From contig NC_068981.1 in NCBI RefSeq assembly GCF_001194135.2, positions 76,919,990 to 76,983,989 of the forward strand: a stretch of DNA of 64,000 nt, written 5' to 3'. The DNA comes from Octopus bimaculoides (lineage: Eukaryota). The notes under the pieces were generated by a model. It ran no database searches, had not been told where the DNA came from, and saw only the letters and a program-made list of their open reading frames with translations. Positions 1 through 12,571 of this stretch are shown in pieces (position 1 is the first letter of the stretch; each line of letters begins with the position of its first letter). The translations under genes were made by a program, and so were the position numbers.

Positions 1-170
1 CCTAGAACAGGGCGCCACTGCATAGTGCCAAAGACTCTAACTTTGCCATCAAGATATAGGATAAGATATTGGAACAGCCCGAGCTTTAAACTCCCACATC
101 TCTTCAATATCCTCCTGAAGGACACGAGAGACTTACATGAGGTGGATGTAAGTGTCTTCAAAATGAAACT
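1..170 (+). mobile_element. 3' end of a CR1/L2/Jockey-group LINE ORF2 (continues upstream of window)
   Basis: Frame 1 reads PRTGRHCIVPKTLTLPSRYRIRYWNSPSFKLPHLFNILLKDTRDLHEVDVSVFKMKL, resembling the LFNxLPxxxR...FKxKL C-terminal motif of CR1/L2-group ORF2; it ends in a (TA)n tract. Confidence 0.6.
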
Positions 171-1184
171 ATATATATATATATATATACAATGAGAGAA
201 AGAGAGAGAGAGAGGAAGAGGGAAACAAAGACTGATGGACGATAGATAGATGGGTAGATAGATACGAAAGACTGAATAAAAGGTTCATTGCAACGAATCG
301 AATATTTATCTCGAAGTTTCATCGCACGTGCGCACACATACGTGTTTGTGTGTATGTATTGCGCGCATGTGTGTGTGTGTGTGTGTGTGTGCGTCCGTGC
401 GTCCGTGCGTGCGTGTTCGCGCGTTTCTTTGTATGTCTATTTGTGGTCGTAGTACGAATAAAATCTCTGCTTCAAAGAATTATATCGTGAAATTTATTGA
501 TCTATCAATATAATATTTCTTTCCATTAAACTTGGACTTAACTTTGTTTCCTTACGAGTTCAATTCTATAAAATATGCATCAAAGTACGGAATCGTTGTC
601 ATTGACTAACAAAATACAGAGGTAAAAGAAACAATACAGCTGTAAATCCATTGGCAGAAATTATTTAAAGAATAAAGTCATGAACGAACATGTGACATAC
701 ATAAAATGTTAGACTCTTCATGTCGTACCAAGTCATTTGCTTTTGTCTATTTATTTCTAAAAGCTGAGCTACTAAATGATGAAATTCAAACTTTCAATGC
801 CGTTAGCCATAATAACGTTTAAAAGTTAACAATTATGCTTTCACTAGCATGCGAAGCTGAGTATAGCTCCGTAAGACATGGGTTCATCATAAGATATGCC
901 ACGTGAAACCGAATTTCCAATCTTGATTATCCAACGCAATGGAGCATTGACGCATTTATTTTTCGTGGTTTGGTGAGAGAACGGGGATCAGTGTTCATAT
1001 GATTGTTATATTGGATCAGTGACATTGGAGCTAACCGTGAGGAGAACTTGATATCCTGAAAAAGGAGACCTAGTTTAAATACTTGCAATGAATTCTGCTA
1101 AGAAGGCACAAGATATAGGTGATGGTACTAACCCGGCCAATGTAATTTCTCTACAGTTCACAACCAGCACATTTACATAAGCCT

Positions 1185-1321
1185 TCTTTTTCTTTCTTTC
1201 TTCCTTTCTTTCTTTTTCTTTCTTTTTCTTCTTCTTCTTTTTCTTCTTCTTCTTTTTCTTCTTCTTCTTCTTCTTCTTCTTCTTCTTCTTCTTCCTCCTC
1301 CTCCTCCTCCTCCTCCTCCTC
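1185..1321. repeat. (TTC)n/(TCC)n compound microsatellite
   Basis: Direct trinucleotide runs; they produce the poly-E and poly-R/G ORFs in the track. Confidence 0.95.
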
Positions 1322-2561
1322 CAAGGAGAGTATAGGACGCGAACAAGAGATACCCATCTGTTTTGATCTTTGTACTGAAGTTTCCATCAATGCTTCCGTT
1401 TCTGTAAACCTTCAACACTCTTTTAGTTTGCCAAGTTTCCGCTTCCCTTGGGATGTCCATCGGTTGCCTTACCTTGTAAAGTTAGAAACGTGTTTCCGTA
1501 GAATATATTGGCCCAACCTACTCTATTTACTGCTCTTGATATCCTAACAAGTATATCCAGCGATCTGTGACATATCATCATCACTAAACCACAGAAAAGA
1601 GCTTATTCTCACGTTTAAAATACATTTAATCATGGTTCTGCTTGATTAGTTATGATCTACTTCCAAACAACAGCTACATCGACACCACTAAAAACACCAG
1701 TGCACTATTGAGTATAGCAATCAAGTTCCGAACCAAACGGGAGACCTTTGTGTGGTTGTTTTCCCCTTCTAGAAATAACAGCGAAATGTTCACTTTACAA
1801 TCTACTCTTTTAAAGAAAAGAAAGTCACCTTGAATGATATACTCCTAGATACACATAAACGAAAATGTATAAACAAAAGCATTATCTTCACGACTTGAAC
1901 GTCTTCGCTATTGAGCATATTTTTTGCCCGATCAAGACTAAACTGGGACTAAAGAACTACAATAATAACAAACACTGAATAATTACCTTTTGAATTTATC
2001 ATTGAAGTTTCAAGTAGTTTAGATAAACACATCATTAACAACAAATTCAGAACTTGGGTCGTTGTTTCTCTGTTAATTGTAAAACTGTCAATAGATGATG
2101 CAATTCAAAATATATTGACAGTGGTTGCAACTCAATCTAAGCATTTCTTAATTAGTTGTATTTTTTCTTTTATTTTTTTCAGTTTTTAAATACTACTTTT
2201 CAAATGATTCACAGAATAATCTTTATTTCTGTTCTCTTTTTTTTTTTTATATAATGTATTGATTTGATTAAATTTTAGTTTTCTACGATGGGAGGTTCTG
2301 TTAGAATTTTTTTTATTTTAAAATACTAGTTCTATGTGTTTATTATGTATGTATAGTTTTAAATTTTTATTTTTCAAAAAGTATATTGAGATTGTTTTTC
2401 TGTTTATTTTCTCTCTTTATTCTCCTTTTTATTTTCATAAAATATTGAGTTTCGTTTATTTCAATTTACTGTCCAAAACTAATGAGACACTCACTCATCA
2501 ACTACAACAACAAGAACATTAACGCTGCTGCAGCCACCATCCCCGCTGCTGCTGCTCCTTT

Positions 2562-2760
2562 TGATGATGATGATGATGAGGAGGATGATGATGATGCTGA
2601 TGATGATGAAGATGATGACGACGACGACGACGACAATGATGATGACGTTGATGATGATGACGATGATGATGATGATGAGGACGATGACGGCGATAACAAC
2701 GCTCTTGATAACGATGATGACAGTGTAGGTGATTGTAGTAATGGTGATGAGAACAATAAT
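2562..2760. repeat. (GAT/GAC)n degenerate microsatellite
   Basis: Direct runs of gat/gac; source of the poly-D and poly-S ORFs. Confidence 0.9.
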
Positions 2761-3699
2761 CCTACCGACATTGCTACAAAGTTACACATTTCTAGGGAGT
2801 GTCAGAGTAGATGAATGGAACTTAATCGACGTTATGTAGCTGAACCGCAAAGCCGAGCGTGGTAGATTTGAATTCTGGTGGTAAAGGGACGTAAATGACT
2901 GACAGAAGCCATTTAGTTGCTCAACGAATTCTTTGTTTACTTTACAAAAGCATAACAATATTAAACATCTATCTACGTGATTACTCTATCTACAATAATT
3001 AACAACTGAATCTTTCCCAATTTACATTCAACAGATTCAAAACTGTAAAGACTCACTGGATGACGTCAAAATAGATTTATCATACCTCAAAACAAAAGGG
3101 GGAAATCGATGAGATAGTATTAATCGAAACGATTTTGAACATTAATGTTTGAAGAGCTCTGGCCAGGGATGAAACAGCATAAAGCACAAAACACTATGCT
3201 GAGAATAGCATAAATGTTAATGACATAGATACTAATGACATAAATAGCAATAATGATAATCTACACACAACACCATCAGTTTTTGAAGGAAGGAAATGAT
3301 CGGGTACTATAATCTGCAGTACTTAACCGCTACTCCATTCCAAAAGAATGAAAAGTAAAATTAACTCCGGTGACTTCAAAATCAGGATGAGCCAGAATAA
3401 ATACAGCCATTGACTCTTTTCAATGCTCTATTGATCATGTGAATTCAGTACCTAGGAATATTTGTCACAAATTTAATCGGAACTTAACAGAGACAGGCAA
3501 CAGTGTGTCATTTTTCCAAAGGACATCAAAGAACAGAAAAAAATGAAATAAACGGATATACAGCAAATGGCTGTGTGATTAAAGTCCGCGGAACACATTT
3601 TCAATTTTCCACCACAAACAAAAACGAGCAAAGATCATATCTGAAGTCTATATCTATCTCTCTATATATATGTGTGTATGTCATAGTTCAGTTTTACGT

Positions 3700-4985
3700 C
3701 AATATTTCTTGCCAATAAAGACCCCTTTCTAGCCTAGATCCTTCATTAGAATTTCAACATCGACAACAGAGTACTTTTGTTTGTTTGTATGTATGTATAT
3801 GTTTAAATTTGTATGTTTTATTTTATGTATGTTTTCTCATGCATATAATTGCATATCTAAGCATGCTCATGTATATTTAAATGATAAATTCTGGAAAGTT
3901 TTGCAGATTTTTACAGTTCCTGTGATGGATTGGATTTGTAGCCTTCGAATTAGTTCTTCCATTCTGGTTTTGTGAAGCCCGATATCTCAACGTTGGTATG
4001 TAGGCAGTGTGTTACATACCACAAGGCCCCAATAATTACAGGTATAAACCTGAATTTGTAATCTGGATAGAGTAACTGCAGATTTCTCAATAGTTCAGCG
4101 TAGATATTCTCTTTTTCAGTGATCTCCAGCTTTATGTTAACATCCGTTGGCTAGCTAATTTCTACAACTGTACACAGTTTCTCTTCTCTATCCCAAATCA
4201 TTATATCAGGCCTGTTGTGCTTAAATTTTATTGAGGTTTTCACTGAGACATTACACCAGTACTCCTTTTTATTATGAGTGGCTATGGCTTCTATCATACC
4301 GTGAGTTCTTATTTCTTCGTCGCATTACTTCCGATATTATACTTCATTATAGAGTGTCCTAACTACAACATCATATCTCATCGGTAGATAATACCGCGAT
4401 GACATTTTTGGACAACTGCTTATGATGTGGGTGATTTCTTCAGTGTGAACTCCATAAGGTCTGCATCGGTTGTCACATTTTACGGCTTTTCCTGCATCTC
4501 TATCCATTTTGTGTCTCAGGTACTTGGTTGATATTTCCAGTTCTTCGATTGCAAATGCATACCCTTCAGAGTGGGAGGTAGTAATCAGGCTATTGGTCCA
4601 TGATAAACTGCTTTGATGATCAATGTTACTATCATCACGGAGCTTTCTAATAACATATCTATGCATAGTCTTCTGCTCATATAAGGTCAACATTTCATCT
4701 GATGATACGTTGCGGTAGAGTCATGTGACTTCTTTGGGTATATATTCGAGATTATCAGACAAGGAATGTTGCTCAAGTGGCTCCCTTCCAAGTCTTATCA
4801 TGTTATCAATCTCACGTATACAAACTTAGACAAAGGATGCACTTCGACACTTGGTTGTTAAAAGATGTTGCCGAAGAGATATGATGCAACATTCAAATAC
4901 ATTTTGGATCGATGTTAAGTCTCTACCACCTTGTTTTCGTATTAAAAAGAGGGTGTATACGTCACTATTTATGTGGAAATTATGT
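3700..4985 (-). mobile_element. 5'-truncated R4/Dong-type (REL endonuclease) non-LTR retrotransposon, 3' part
   Basis: Minus-strand frames give FHINSDV..LFLIRKQGGR, then TSHSEGYAFAIEELEI..CDNRCR..EEITHIISSCPKMSSRYYLPMRYD (decayed CCHC knuckle), then KHNRPDIMIWDREEKLC (PD-type REL nuclease) and IQSITGTVKICKTF. The 3' UTR at about 3700-3790 recurs at 46950-47070. Confidence 0.8.
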
Positions 4986-5032
4986 GTGCTTGTTGGTATG
5001 TATGTATGTATGTATGTATATATGTATGTATG

Positions 5033-5069
<37 letters not shown>

Positions 5070-5078
5070 AAACATACA

Positions 5079-5115
<37 letters not shown>

Positions 5116-5118
<3 letters not shown>

Positions 5119-5285
5119 TCGCACGACTCTAACGCAACGTATCATCAGATGAAAGGGTGAGCCTATATGAGCAGAAGACTGTGCTTGGATATGTTGGTAG
5201 AAAGTTCCGAGATGATAGTAATACTGATCATTAAAGCAGTCTATCATTGACCAATAGCCGGATTACTACCTCCCATTTCGAAGGT
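5116..5285 (+). mobile_element. Second R4/Dong fragment, inverted relative to 4562-4731
   Basis: Ungapped hand alignment of 5116-5285 (+) with 4731-4562 (-): 24 mismatches in 170 nt (about 86% identity). Confidence 0.85.
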
Positions 5286-5374
5286 GTGGTAGAGGTGGTG
5301 GCGGCATTAGTGCCGCCAGCAGTGGGCGTAACAGTGGTGTGATTATTTTGCAGTTAATATTCTGTTGATCTCGA

Positions 5375-5567
5375 GGCAGCAAGCTGGCGAAATTGTTAGT
5401 AGCCCGGACAAAATTTTTAGAGGCGTTTCGTCCGTATTCGTGTTGTGAGTTCAAATTCTTCTGAGGTCGACTTTGCATTTCATGTTTTATTTCAGGTTCG
5501 ATAATATAAGTACCAGTCGATGTAATCAACTTAGCCCCTCTCACGAAATCGATGGCCTTGCAGAATT
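5375..5567 (+). mobile_element. tRNA-derived SINE, family A
   Basis: Head ggcagcaagctggcgaaa, B-box-like gagttcaaattc, body gaggtcgactttgcatttcat...gataatataagtaccagtcgatgtaatc; shared with five other copies in the window. Confidence 0.75.
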
Positions 5568-5979
5568 TTTAGTCGGTAACACAAGATGTTTAGTGGCATT
5601 ACTTTCTTTACGTTCTGAGTTCAAATTACACCGGGCGCTCTATAAAATAAGTACGTCAAGAATTTAAGTTGAGGGAATAGGGCTACAAGCTCTCTCAAAA
5701 TTGTTGTCTAAGTTCTAAAACTCTTTAATGTGTCCGTCGTAGTTCAACTTCGAGCGTCGTCGTTCTAATTTTAAAATTTCCGTCTTCAAGTATTATTTCC
5801 ATTACTATTTCTGAAATACTTTAATATTATTTTGACAGCAAATGATTTAAAAGGAGAATCAATATACAGCACAAAAACCATCCACAAAATGTATATTATT
5901 TTTCCCATGTTGTCAGAGATTCAGCAAATCTGACTTAAGCAGAAATTTTAAATGAAAAAAAAAAAAGATTACTAACACT

Positions 5980-6181
5980 GGCATCAAATTTTGGCACGAG
6001 GCCAGCAATTTCGTGGAAGCGGGTAAGTCGATTGCATTAACCTCACAGCTCAATCAGTTCTTATTTTATCGAGCCCGACAGAGTCAACTTCGGCGTAATT
6101 TGAACTCAGAACGTTAAGACAGATGAACTACCTCGGAGCATTTTGCCCGGCGTGGAAACGATCCTGTCTGTTAGCCGCCTT
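5980..6181 (-). mobile_element. tRNA-derived SINE, family A
   Basis: Reverse complement carries gttctgagttcaaattacgccgaagttgactc and the same tail as the 5375 copy. Confidence 0.75.
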
Positions 6182-6369
6182 ACACGATTCCTAATATTAA
6201 CACAATTCCAGTCCAACTGTCTTCGGGTTGAAGAGGTTTTAGTCGATTTTATGAAACCCATTATTTCACTGATACGCAGTTTATGACGACTAACAGGATA
6301 ATATAGCCAACAAGCTGCGGGAAGCAAAAACTTCTTCTCTTCCTCCTCCTCCTTCTTCTTCTTCTTTTT

Positions 6370-6401
<32 letters not shown>

Positions 6402-6559
6402 GTAGTAAATTCAACAAAGGTCCTGTAATTCATAGTCATACGAGTTACAGAGTAATACCGCCAGCGGTATCCGAAGGGAATTTCGCCCAAGTTATACAAC
6501 ACTTTTTTTCTATATTCCTTTATCGATTGCAACTCATTTCATAATTTTAAATCTTAAAG

Positions 6560-7000
6560 ATCAATCGCTGATGAGATAACCGCGCGGACTGCCAGAGTGT
6601 CATCACAGCTACAACCTATACTGTATTTACCGAAGGCTCCTACATATAAGGTAACAAAAAGAGCTCCACGATTTTAACGTCGCTGACATACATGATGTGC
6701 TGTAGAGCGCAATGATAACCGCATTTGTATGATCTGATATCCAGGATTCATTTGCTGAAGGCGTTAGCTGCGCATAGCGGAGTTAGGAGAGCGTATTTCC
6801 CGTCAGTAACACCTTCGTTGTGAAGATGAAAGATCCAGTGACAGAGTGACTCAAGATGACTGACGGTCACATCAAACTGCAAGAGGTTGTCGGAAATCCA
6901 ATCTATTGTACACTGCCTTAAAGATGACCGCCAGATTCTGCTTTAGTCTCAAGATGTATTCTGGTTGCCATGTTCATGTACTCACAAGACAATGCTGATA
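6560..7000 (-). mobile_element. Heavily decayed RTE-like LINE fragment
   Basis: Across frameshifts the minus strand gives pieces (GSFIF, EIRS, ANAFSK, ALYST) in the order of the RTE post-RT consensus LGS..D.EI.SRI..A..AF.KL...K.ALY. Many stops; tentative. Confidence 0.3.
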
Positions 7001-9324
7001 TGTTACCTTAGTGTATCACAGTGAAGGAGCCCAGACTCCACGTCATCGTTCTAGCAATCCTTACAGCCTGCTCTTTTACTATCTCAAGTATTTCTGTGAA
7101 ACATTCTGTTGTTAGATCTTCGGTTGAAACCTTACAACTGTATAAGAATGTCTTAACAACGGTTGCAAATCTTATATTGCTATTTTCTGGAATGTGTTTA
7201 TGTCAATCCTTAGAGATTTTGTTTCTGTCTTACTGGTTATTATTAACCCAGCAACACTTTTCACACATATAACCTGATTGACGGTTTAGTTGCCAATGAT
7301 ACGGCCATGTTTTGTACTGGCATGCATGTTACCAGTAGAATTCAAATAAAGATAATACACACGCGCGCACAAACAAACACACGCAAACATTCATATACAG
7401 ATGAGTATAAATACTTGCTTAAATACATAGATGCATACATATATATATATATTTGCATTTAAGGAGATTTATTTGTTAACTTAGCCTTATCTGTCCTACT
7501 TTTATTTTTATTTAATGCTGTAGACTTGGATATTTTGAATCTATTTTTATCTGAATATGTTCGGCACAATGTATCTTTGATCTATGGTACTTGAAATGAT
7601 TTAAGAGGTCTGCAAATGAAGTCTTGGTGTCAATCATACACATCGATTTATCACATGCATGTATATCAAACAAATGTATGGCTATACTGTATTTGTTTCA
7701 ATCAATTTTCAAACCTCTTCCCCTATCATTAAACATATCTATATTTTGAAATATGAGAACGCAAATGTCATTTTTCTGAATGTCTGCTAAATTTACTGAG
7801 AGTGGTTTTCAACTTGCCTCTAAGTTAAGAGTCTCGGCATATTTTGAACTATACTTCAAAACACATTCATCGTTGCAAACCAATGAGTGGAAATCTATGC
7901 AGTAACGCTTCCTGCAAGAAAAAACAGTCAAATCTCTTTCAAATCACATGCAACTAGTAAGCAAGCAAAAAAAAAACAAAGAAAGAAAACAAGAATAAAC
8001 CTCATTTGAATATTTAATCCTAAATGCACCATAAAATATGAAATGCTCACGGTTTAAAGTGTGGCTGTAGATTTGCTGGAAAAGAGGCCCTGATAAATAA
8101 CAACAAGAATCATTAAAATCTTATATCTATGTCATTCGAGGAGTACACCTATCTTGAACAGCGACTTCACATCATACAAAACAACATCAAATCAATATCC
8201 ATTTCGATTTACGAATCAGCAAGCATACAGTTAACTGTGTTCAAATCACAATTTCCCGAGCGATTATGACTAAATAATTTCATTCAGGTTTAACCGAGAC
8301 TTATTTCAATGACATTCACGTTGCTGCTAACAAACTTATCGCAGCCGCTATTGCTTATTTTCTTGACTATTTGCGTATTTCTTACTTTTTTACTTTATTG
8401 TTGCTAATTTACATGCTAATTTGTTAACTTATATTCAGGACATTATCTGTTCAATTTCAATTTCTTCTGATAAATGTATTCTGTAACGTCTTTGTATTGC
8501 TGGTGAAGGAGATAACTATCTTTGTATAGTATTTATAAACGTCAGCGTGTGTTCCACGCCTTTTCTAATCACTATAGTAACTATTTACGTCAGTTTGACT
8601 GCTGCAGTCACAGCGTTGCAGTTCAGACTTCTAGAAGGTAGTTTGGTGCAATTTCCGTTTCATTCGAATAGATTGTCCAGGAGAGAAAATTGTCAAAATC
8701 AAAGTCAGTTGACTCAGTTCCCGTCACATCTTTCGATCTGCACGAAATTTCAATTAGTGGTTCGGATAATTCGTTTAAGAAATAAATATGATCTCATACA
8801 TGTAATATAGCAACTTAAAAACCTTCGAGTAACTTGAATTTTCCATGTAAGTAGCAGAACAAATTCAATATCTAAAGCCTACAGGCAAACTAGACAGCTC
8901 CATTAATGTACACACAGATTTTGGAAATGTAGAAAGCGCTGTGCCATAGTGGAAGTCCAATAATCATCAATATGTACAGAGACTAGCAATACCCTTAGCA
9001 ATAACCCTGGTTATTTTGAAAACTGAAAGATGGATGGAAGTTTATAGAGACACGAAATACAGAATTTCTTTTAAAATTCGATTTTTGTGTGTTTTTGCCT
9101 GAAATACAGGATATGTGACATAGTCTAATAGTTAATAAAGGTTGCCTTGAAAGTGCAGTCTTTGAGGAAAACATCTTTGAGACCTTCATTCTTTGTTATA
9201 CAATTGTCATTCTTTTAACTTGAGAGATTTTGCTTATTATTTTTTGCTTTATTTCAAGACGAAAACAGCTTTAAATTAAAAAAAAAAACAATGTAACATA
9301 TCTATAGTTTAATTCATTTCCGGG

Positions 9325-9872
9325 CAAGGGTTGGGAAACATTTTACCTAATTACCTCAAAAAGTATATATATACGCCGACATTAACCCCCTTGATTTGAA
9401 ACGGAGAAAATTATAGATACTTTGAATTCAAAAGGTTTATTGAACCTATATGGAGAATACAATTATAGATATAAAAATATATAACAAATGCGATAAAATT
9501 AATTGATATCCTCATTAGAAAACAAAAGGATTTTTCTTGAAACGTTTTCACTTCTTCAGATTTTGGAGAAATAATGTTGCTTCATTCTTGTTACAATTAC
9601 ATAAAACATGAGGCATTTTGAAGCCAGAGCAATTTGGATACAGTATCCGGGATCCAATCGACTACTCTGCTTTGTTTTTATGTTGCAAAGGTAGGTTGTT
9701 GCAAAAAGGAACTTTTTGACTGCCTCCTCTTGCCAGAAGAAAATTTTCTCTTGTAACAAGGAACACGTTTCTTTTTTTTATATAATTTACTTATGTCTAA
9801 TGAGTCCTCAATAACACCAAGAATTTTATTTTATCTCACTTGAGGTAATTTACCTCGGTTTGCCGAACCCTG
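9325..9872 (-). mobile_element. Internally deleted hAT (Charlie/Buster-like) DNA transposon
   Basis: ORF 9556-9759 (-) contains FATTYLC..IKTKQSSRL...IALA...KQH, resembling the hAT C-terminal dimerisation domain. Imperfect inverted ends: caagggttgggaaac...aattacctcaa (from 9325) and the reverse complement of ttgaggtaatt...gtttgccgaaccctg (to 9872). Confidence 0.65.
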
Positions 9873-10457
9873 ATTTAGGGTACGGCTACTCGGTAAAGCT
9901 TTAACAGATCTATATTACACCATTATCTTCATATTACAGAACGTTTTACGCAGCTAATCTTGGGCAAGGATCTTCTACTATGACCATGAGTTTAATGATG
10001 CCTCGATTGAAATTGGTAGAGAGAACCTGTATGGAATATTGATAGTTACATTTATACTCAGTCCGAGTTTATATGATTCTATCTGATATTATCCATGACA
10101 CTAGTGATATCTATGTACAGAGCAGAACTGCGGGATATTATACACGATTACTTAGACTATCCAGAATAAATAAGGTGACAGGGTATGCAAGATCAGCACG
10201 GCTTAACTCTTCTATAGATACATTGAACATTGGATATCTTAAATCTATTATGCAACAGTGAAAGAGGAGCGACTTCTTAACGTTCAGGGGGATGTTGATT
10301 TCGAAGATGCTTAAATCCTAGAAAATATCTCTCAAAGTTTAGGACATTCAAGAAGAAGGATCTCGAAAATAGAGGGATAATAATAAATGTTATCAAATTG
10401 GGTGACTATGCAAGGCTGCGTGTGTGTGTGTGTAGGTGTAATTGTGTGTGTTTGTTT

Positions 10458-10501
<44 letters not shown>

Positions 10502-11153
10502 GTGTCGGTCTGTGCGAGTGCGTGTACGCGTTCAAAGAGCTATATACAAGTGTCACAGTTTTGCCTGCCCACAGAGAATGGAAATAACAGAAATATTTCT
10601 TACGTATTGGATTGGACTTTTGTCATATTACCAGTAATTGTTTAATAACAATCAATTCTGTGACTAAAATACTTTGTCCACAGCCATGCAATGATCACCA
10701 AGATTACAATAAAATAGAGATGTCAATTAATTCTTGAATTATTCACAGTATCTCTTTGTGATACGCTGTTAATCTAAATACTGGCAAATGCAGTCACACG
10801 TTTTGTAATAGTCCTTCAATTCACTAATCTCAACTCGTATATGAGAAGATGCCATCCTGTTTTATCGTTTATATATGTAAATATTTAGAACTGATTTCCC
10901 TAGGATAGTTACAGCAACAGGGTTTTACGTTACAAAAATAACATTTAGGAGTAGTTAGGACTTTTGATATACATTCAAGTTATATTTTATATACACTTCC
11001 CAAAATGAAAATTTGTACCTTTCTTTATGAAACCTGCCTTTCATATTATATTAAAAATTTTGTTAAAGCAAAGTTTTTACGTTGCCGACTTACATCCAAG
11101 TAAATGGAAAACGCTCTACTTTACTTTATGTACATATTATTACATACACATTT

Positions 11154-11202
<49 letters not shown>

Positions 11203-11336
11203 ACTCCCTCCCTCACTCGCTCCACCTCTCGTTCATATAATATATATATATATACACATATATATACTTATATATATATATGTGTGCGTGTGTGTGTGTG
11301 TATACATACCTGTATATATACATATATATATATATA

Positions 11337-12149
11337 NNNNNNNNNNNNNNNNNNNNNNNNNNNNNNNNNNNNNNNNNNNNNNNNNNNNNNNNNNNNNNNN
11401 NNNNNNNNNNNNNNNNNNNNNNNNNNNNNNNNNNNNNNNNNNNNNNNNNNNNNNNNNNNNNNNNNNNNNNNNNNNNNNNNNNNNNNNNNNNNNNNNNNNN
11501 NNNNNNNNNNNNNNNNNNNNNNNNNNNNNNNNNNNNNNNNNNNNNNNNNNNNNNNNNNNNNNNNNNNNNNNNNNNNNNNNNNNNNNNNNNNNNNNNNNNN
11601 NNNNNNNNNNNNNNNNNNNNNNNNNNNNNNNNNNNNNNNNNNNNNNNNNNNNNNNNNNNNNNNNNNNNNNNNNNNNNNNNNNNNNNNNNNNNNNNNNNNN
11701 NNNNNNNNNNNNNNNNNNNNNNNNNNNNNNNNNNNNNNNNNNNNNNNNNNNNNNNNNNNNNNNNNNNNNNNNNNNNNNNNNNNNNNNNNNNNNNNNNNNN
11801 NNNNNNNNNNNNNNNNNNNNNNNNNNNNNNNNNNNNNNNNNNNNNNNNNNNNNNNNNNNNNNNNNNNNNNNNNNNNNNNNNNNNNNNNNNNNNNNNNNNN
11901 NNNNNNNNNNNNNNNNNNNNNNNNNNNNNNNNNNNNNNNNNNNNNNNNNNNNNNNNNNNNNNNNNNNNNNNNNNNNNNNNNNNNNNNNNNNNNNNNNNNN
12001 NNNNNNNNNNNNNNNNNNNNNNNNNNNNNNNNNNNNNNNNNNNNNNNNNNNNNNNNNNNNNNNNNNNNNNNNNNNNNNNNNNNNNNNNNNNNNNNNNNNN
12101 NNNNNNNNNNNNNNNNNNNNNNNNNNNNNNNNNNNNNNNNNNNNNNNNN
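11337..12149. other. Assembly gap (N-run), one of 14
   Basis: Other gaps: 12691-13467, 16022-16777, 22385-23132, 24031-24629, 26397-27075, 28050-28870, 29452-29697, 42456-42508, 47572-48163, 49353-49530, 57152-57878, 58803-58812, 61739-61985. Most abut (TA)n, (GT)n or (GA)n tracts. Confidence 0.99.
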
Positions 12150-12203
12150 TATATATATATATATGTATATGTATATATACTTACATATATATACATATAT
12201 ATG

Positions 12204-12255
<52 letters not shown>

Positions 12256-12409
12256 TGGGTGTGTGTGTATACATATATATACAAATGCATATACATACAT
12301 AAATGCCAACATACGCATAAACATGCAGACACGCATTTATATATGTACATACACAGTCACACAGACACACACACACACATATACAAAAATAAATCGGTCC
12401 ATTGATAGA

Positions 12410-12481
12410 AAGATAGATAAATAGGATCAATCAATAGATAGACAGACAGAAAGACAGACAGACAGACAGATAGATAGATAT

Positions 12482-12571
<90 letters not shown>
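12410..12571. repeat. (GATA)n/(GACA)n tetranucleotide microsatellite
   Basis: Direct long gata run. Confidence 0.95.

Noticed and set aside
8672-8785. Possible plus-strand terminal exon IVQERKLSKSKSVDSVPVTSFDLHEISISGSDNSFKK-stop
   Set aside because: Only a moderate acceptor, no recognisable homology and no upstream partner exon.
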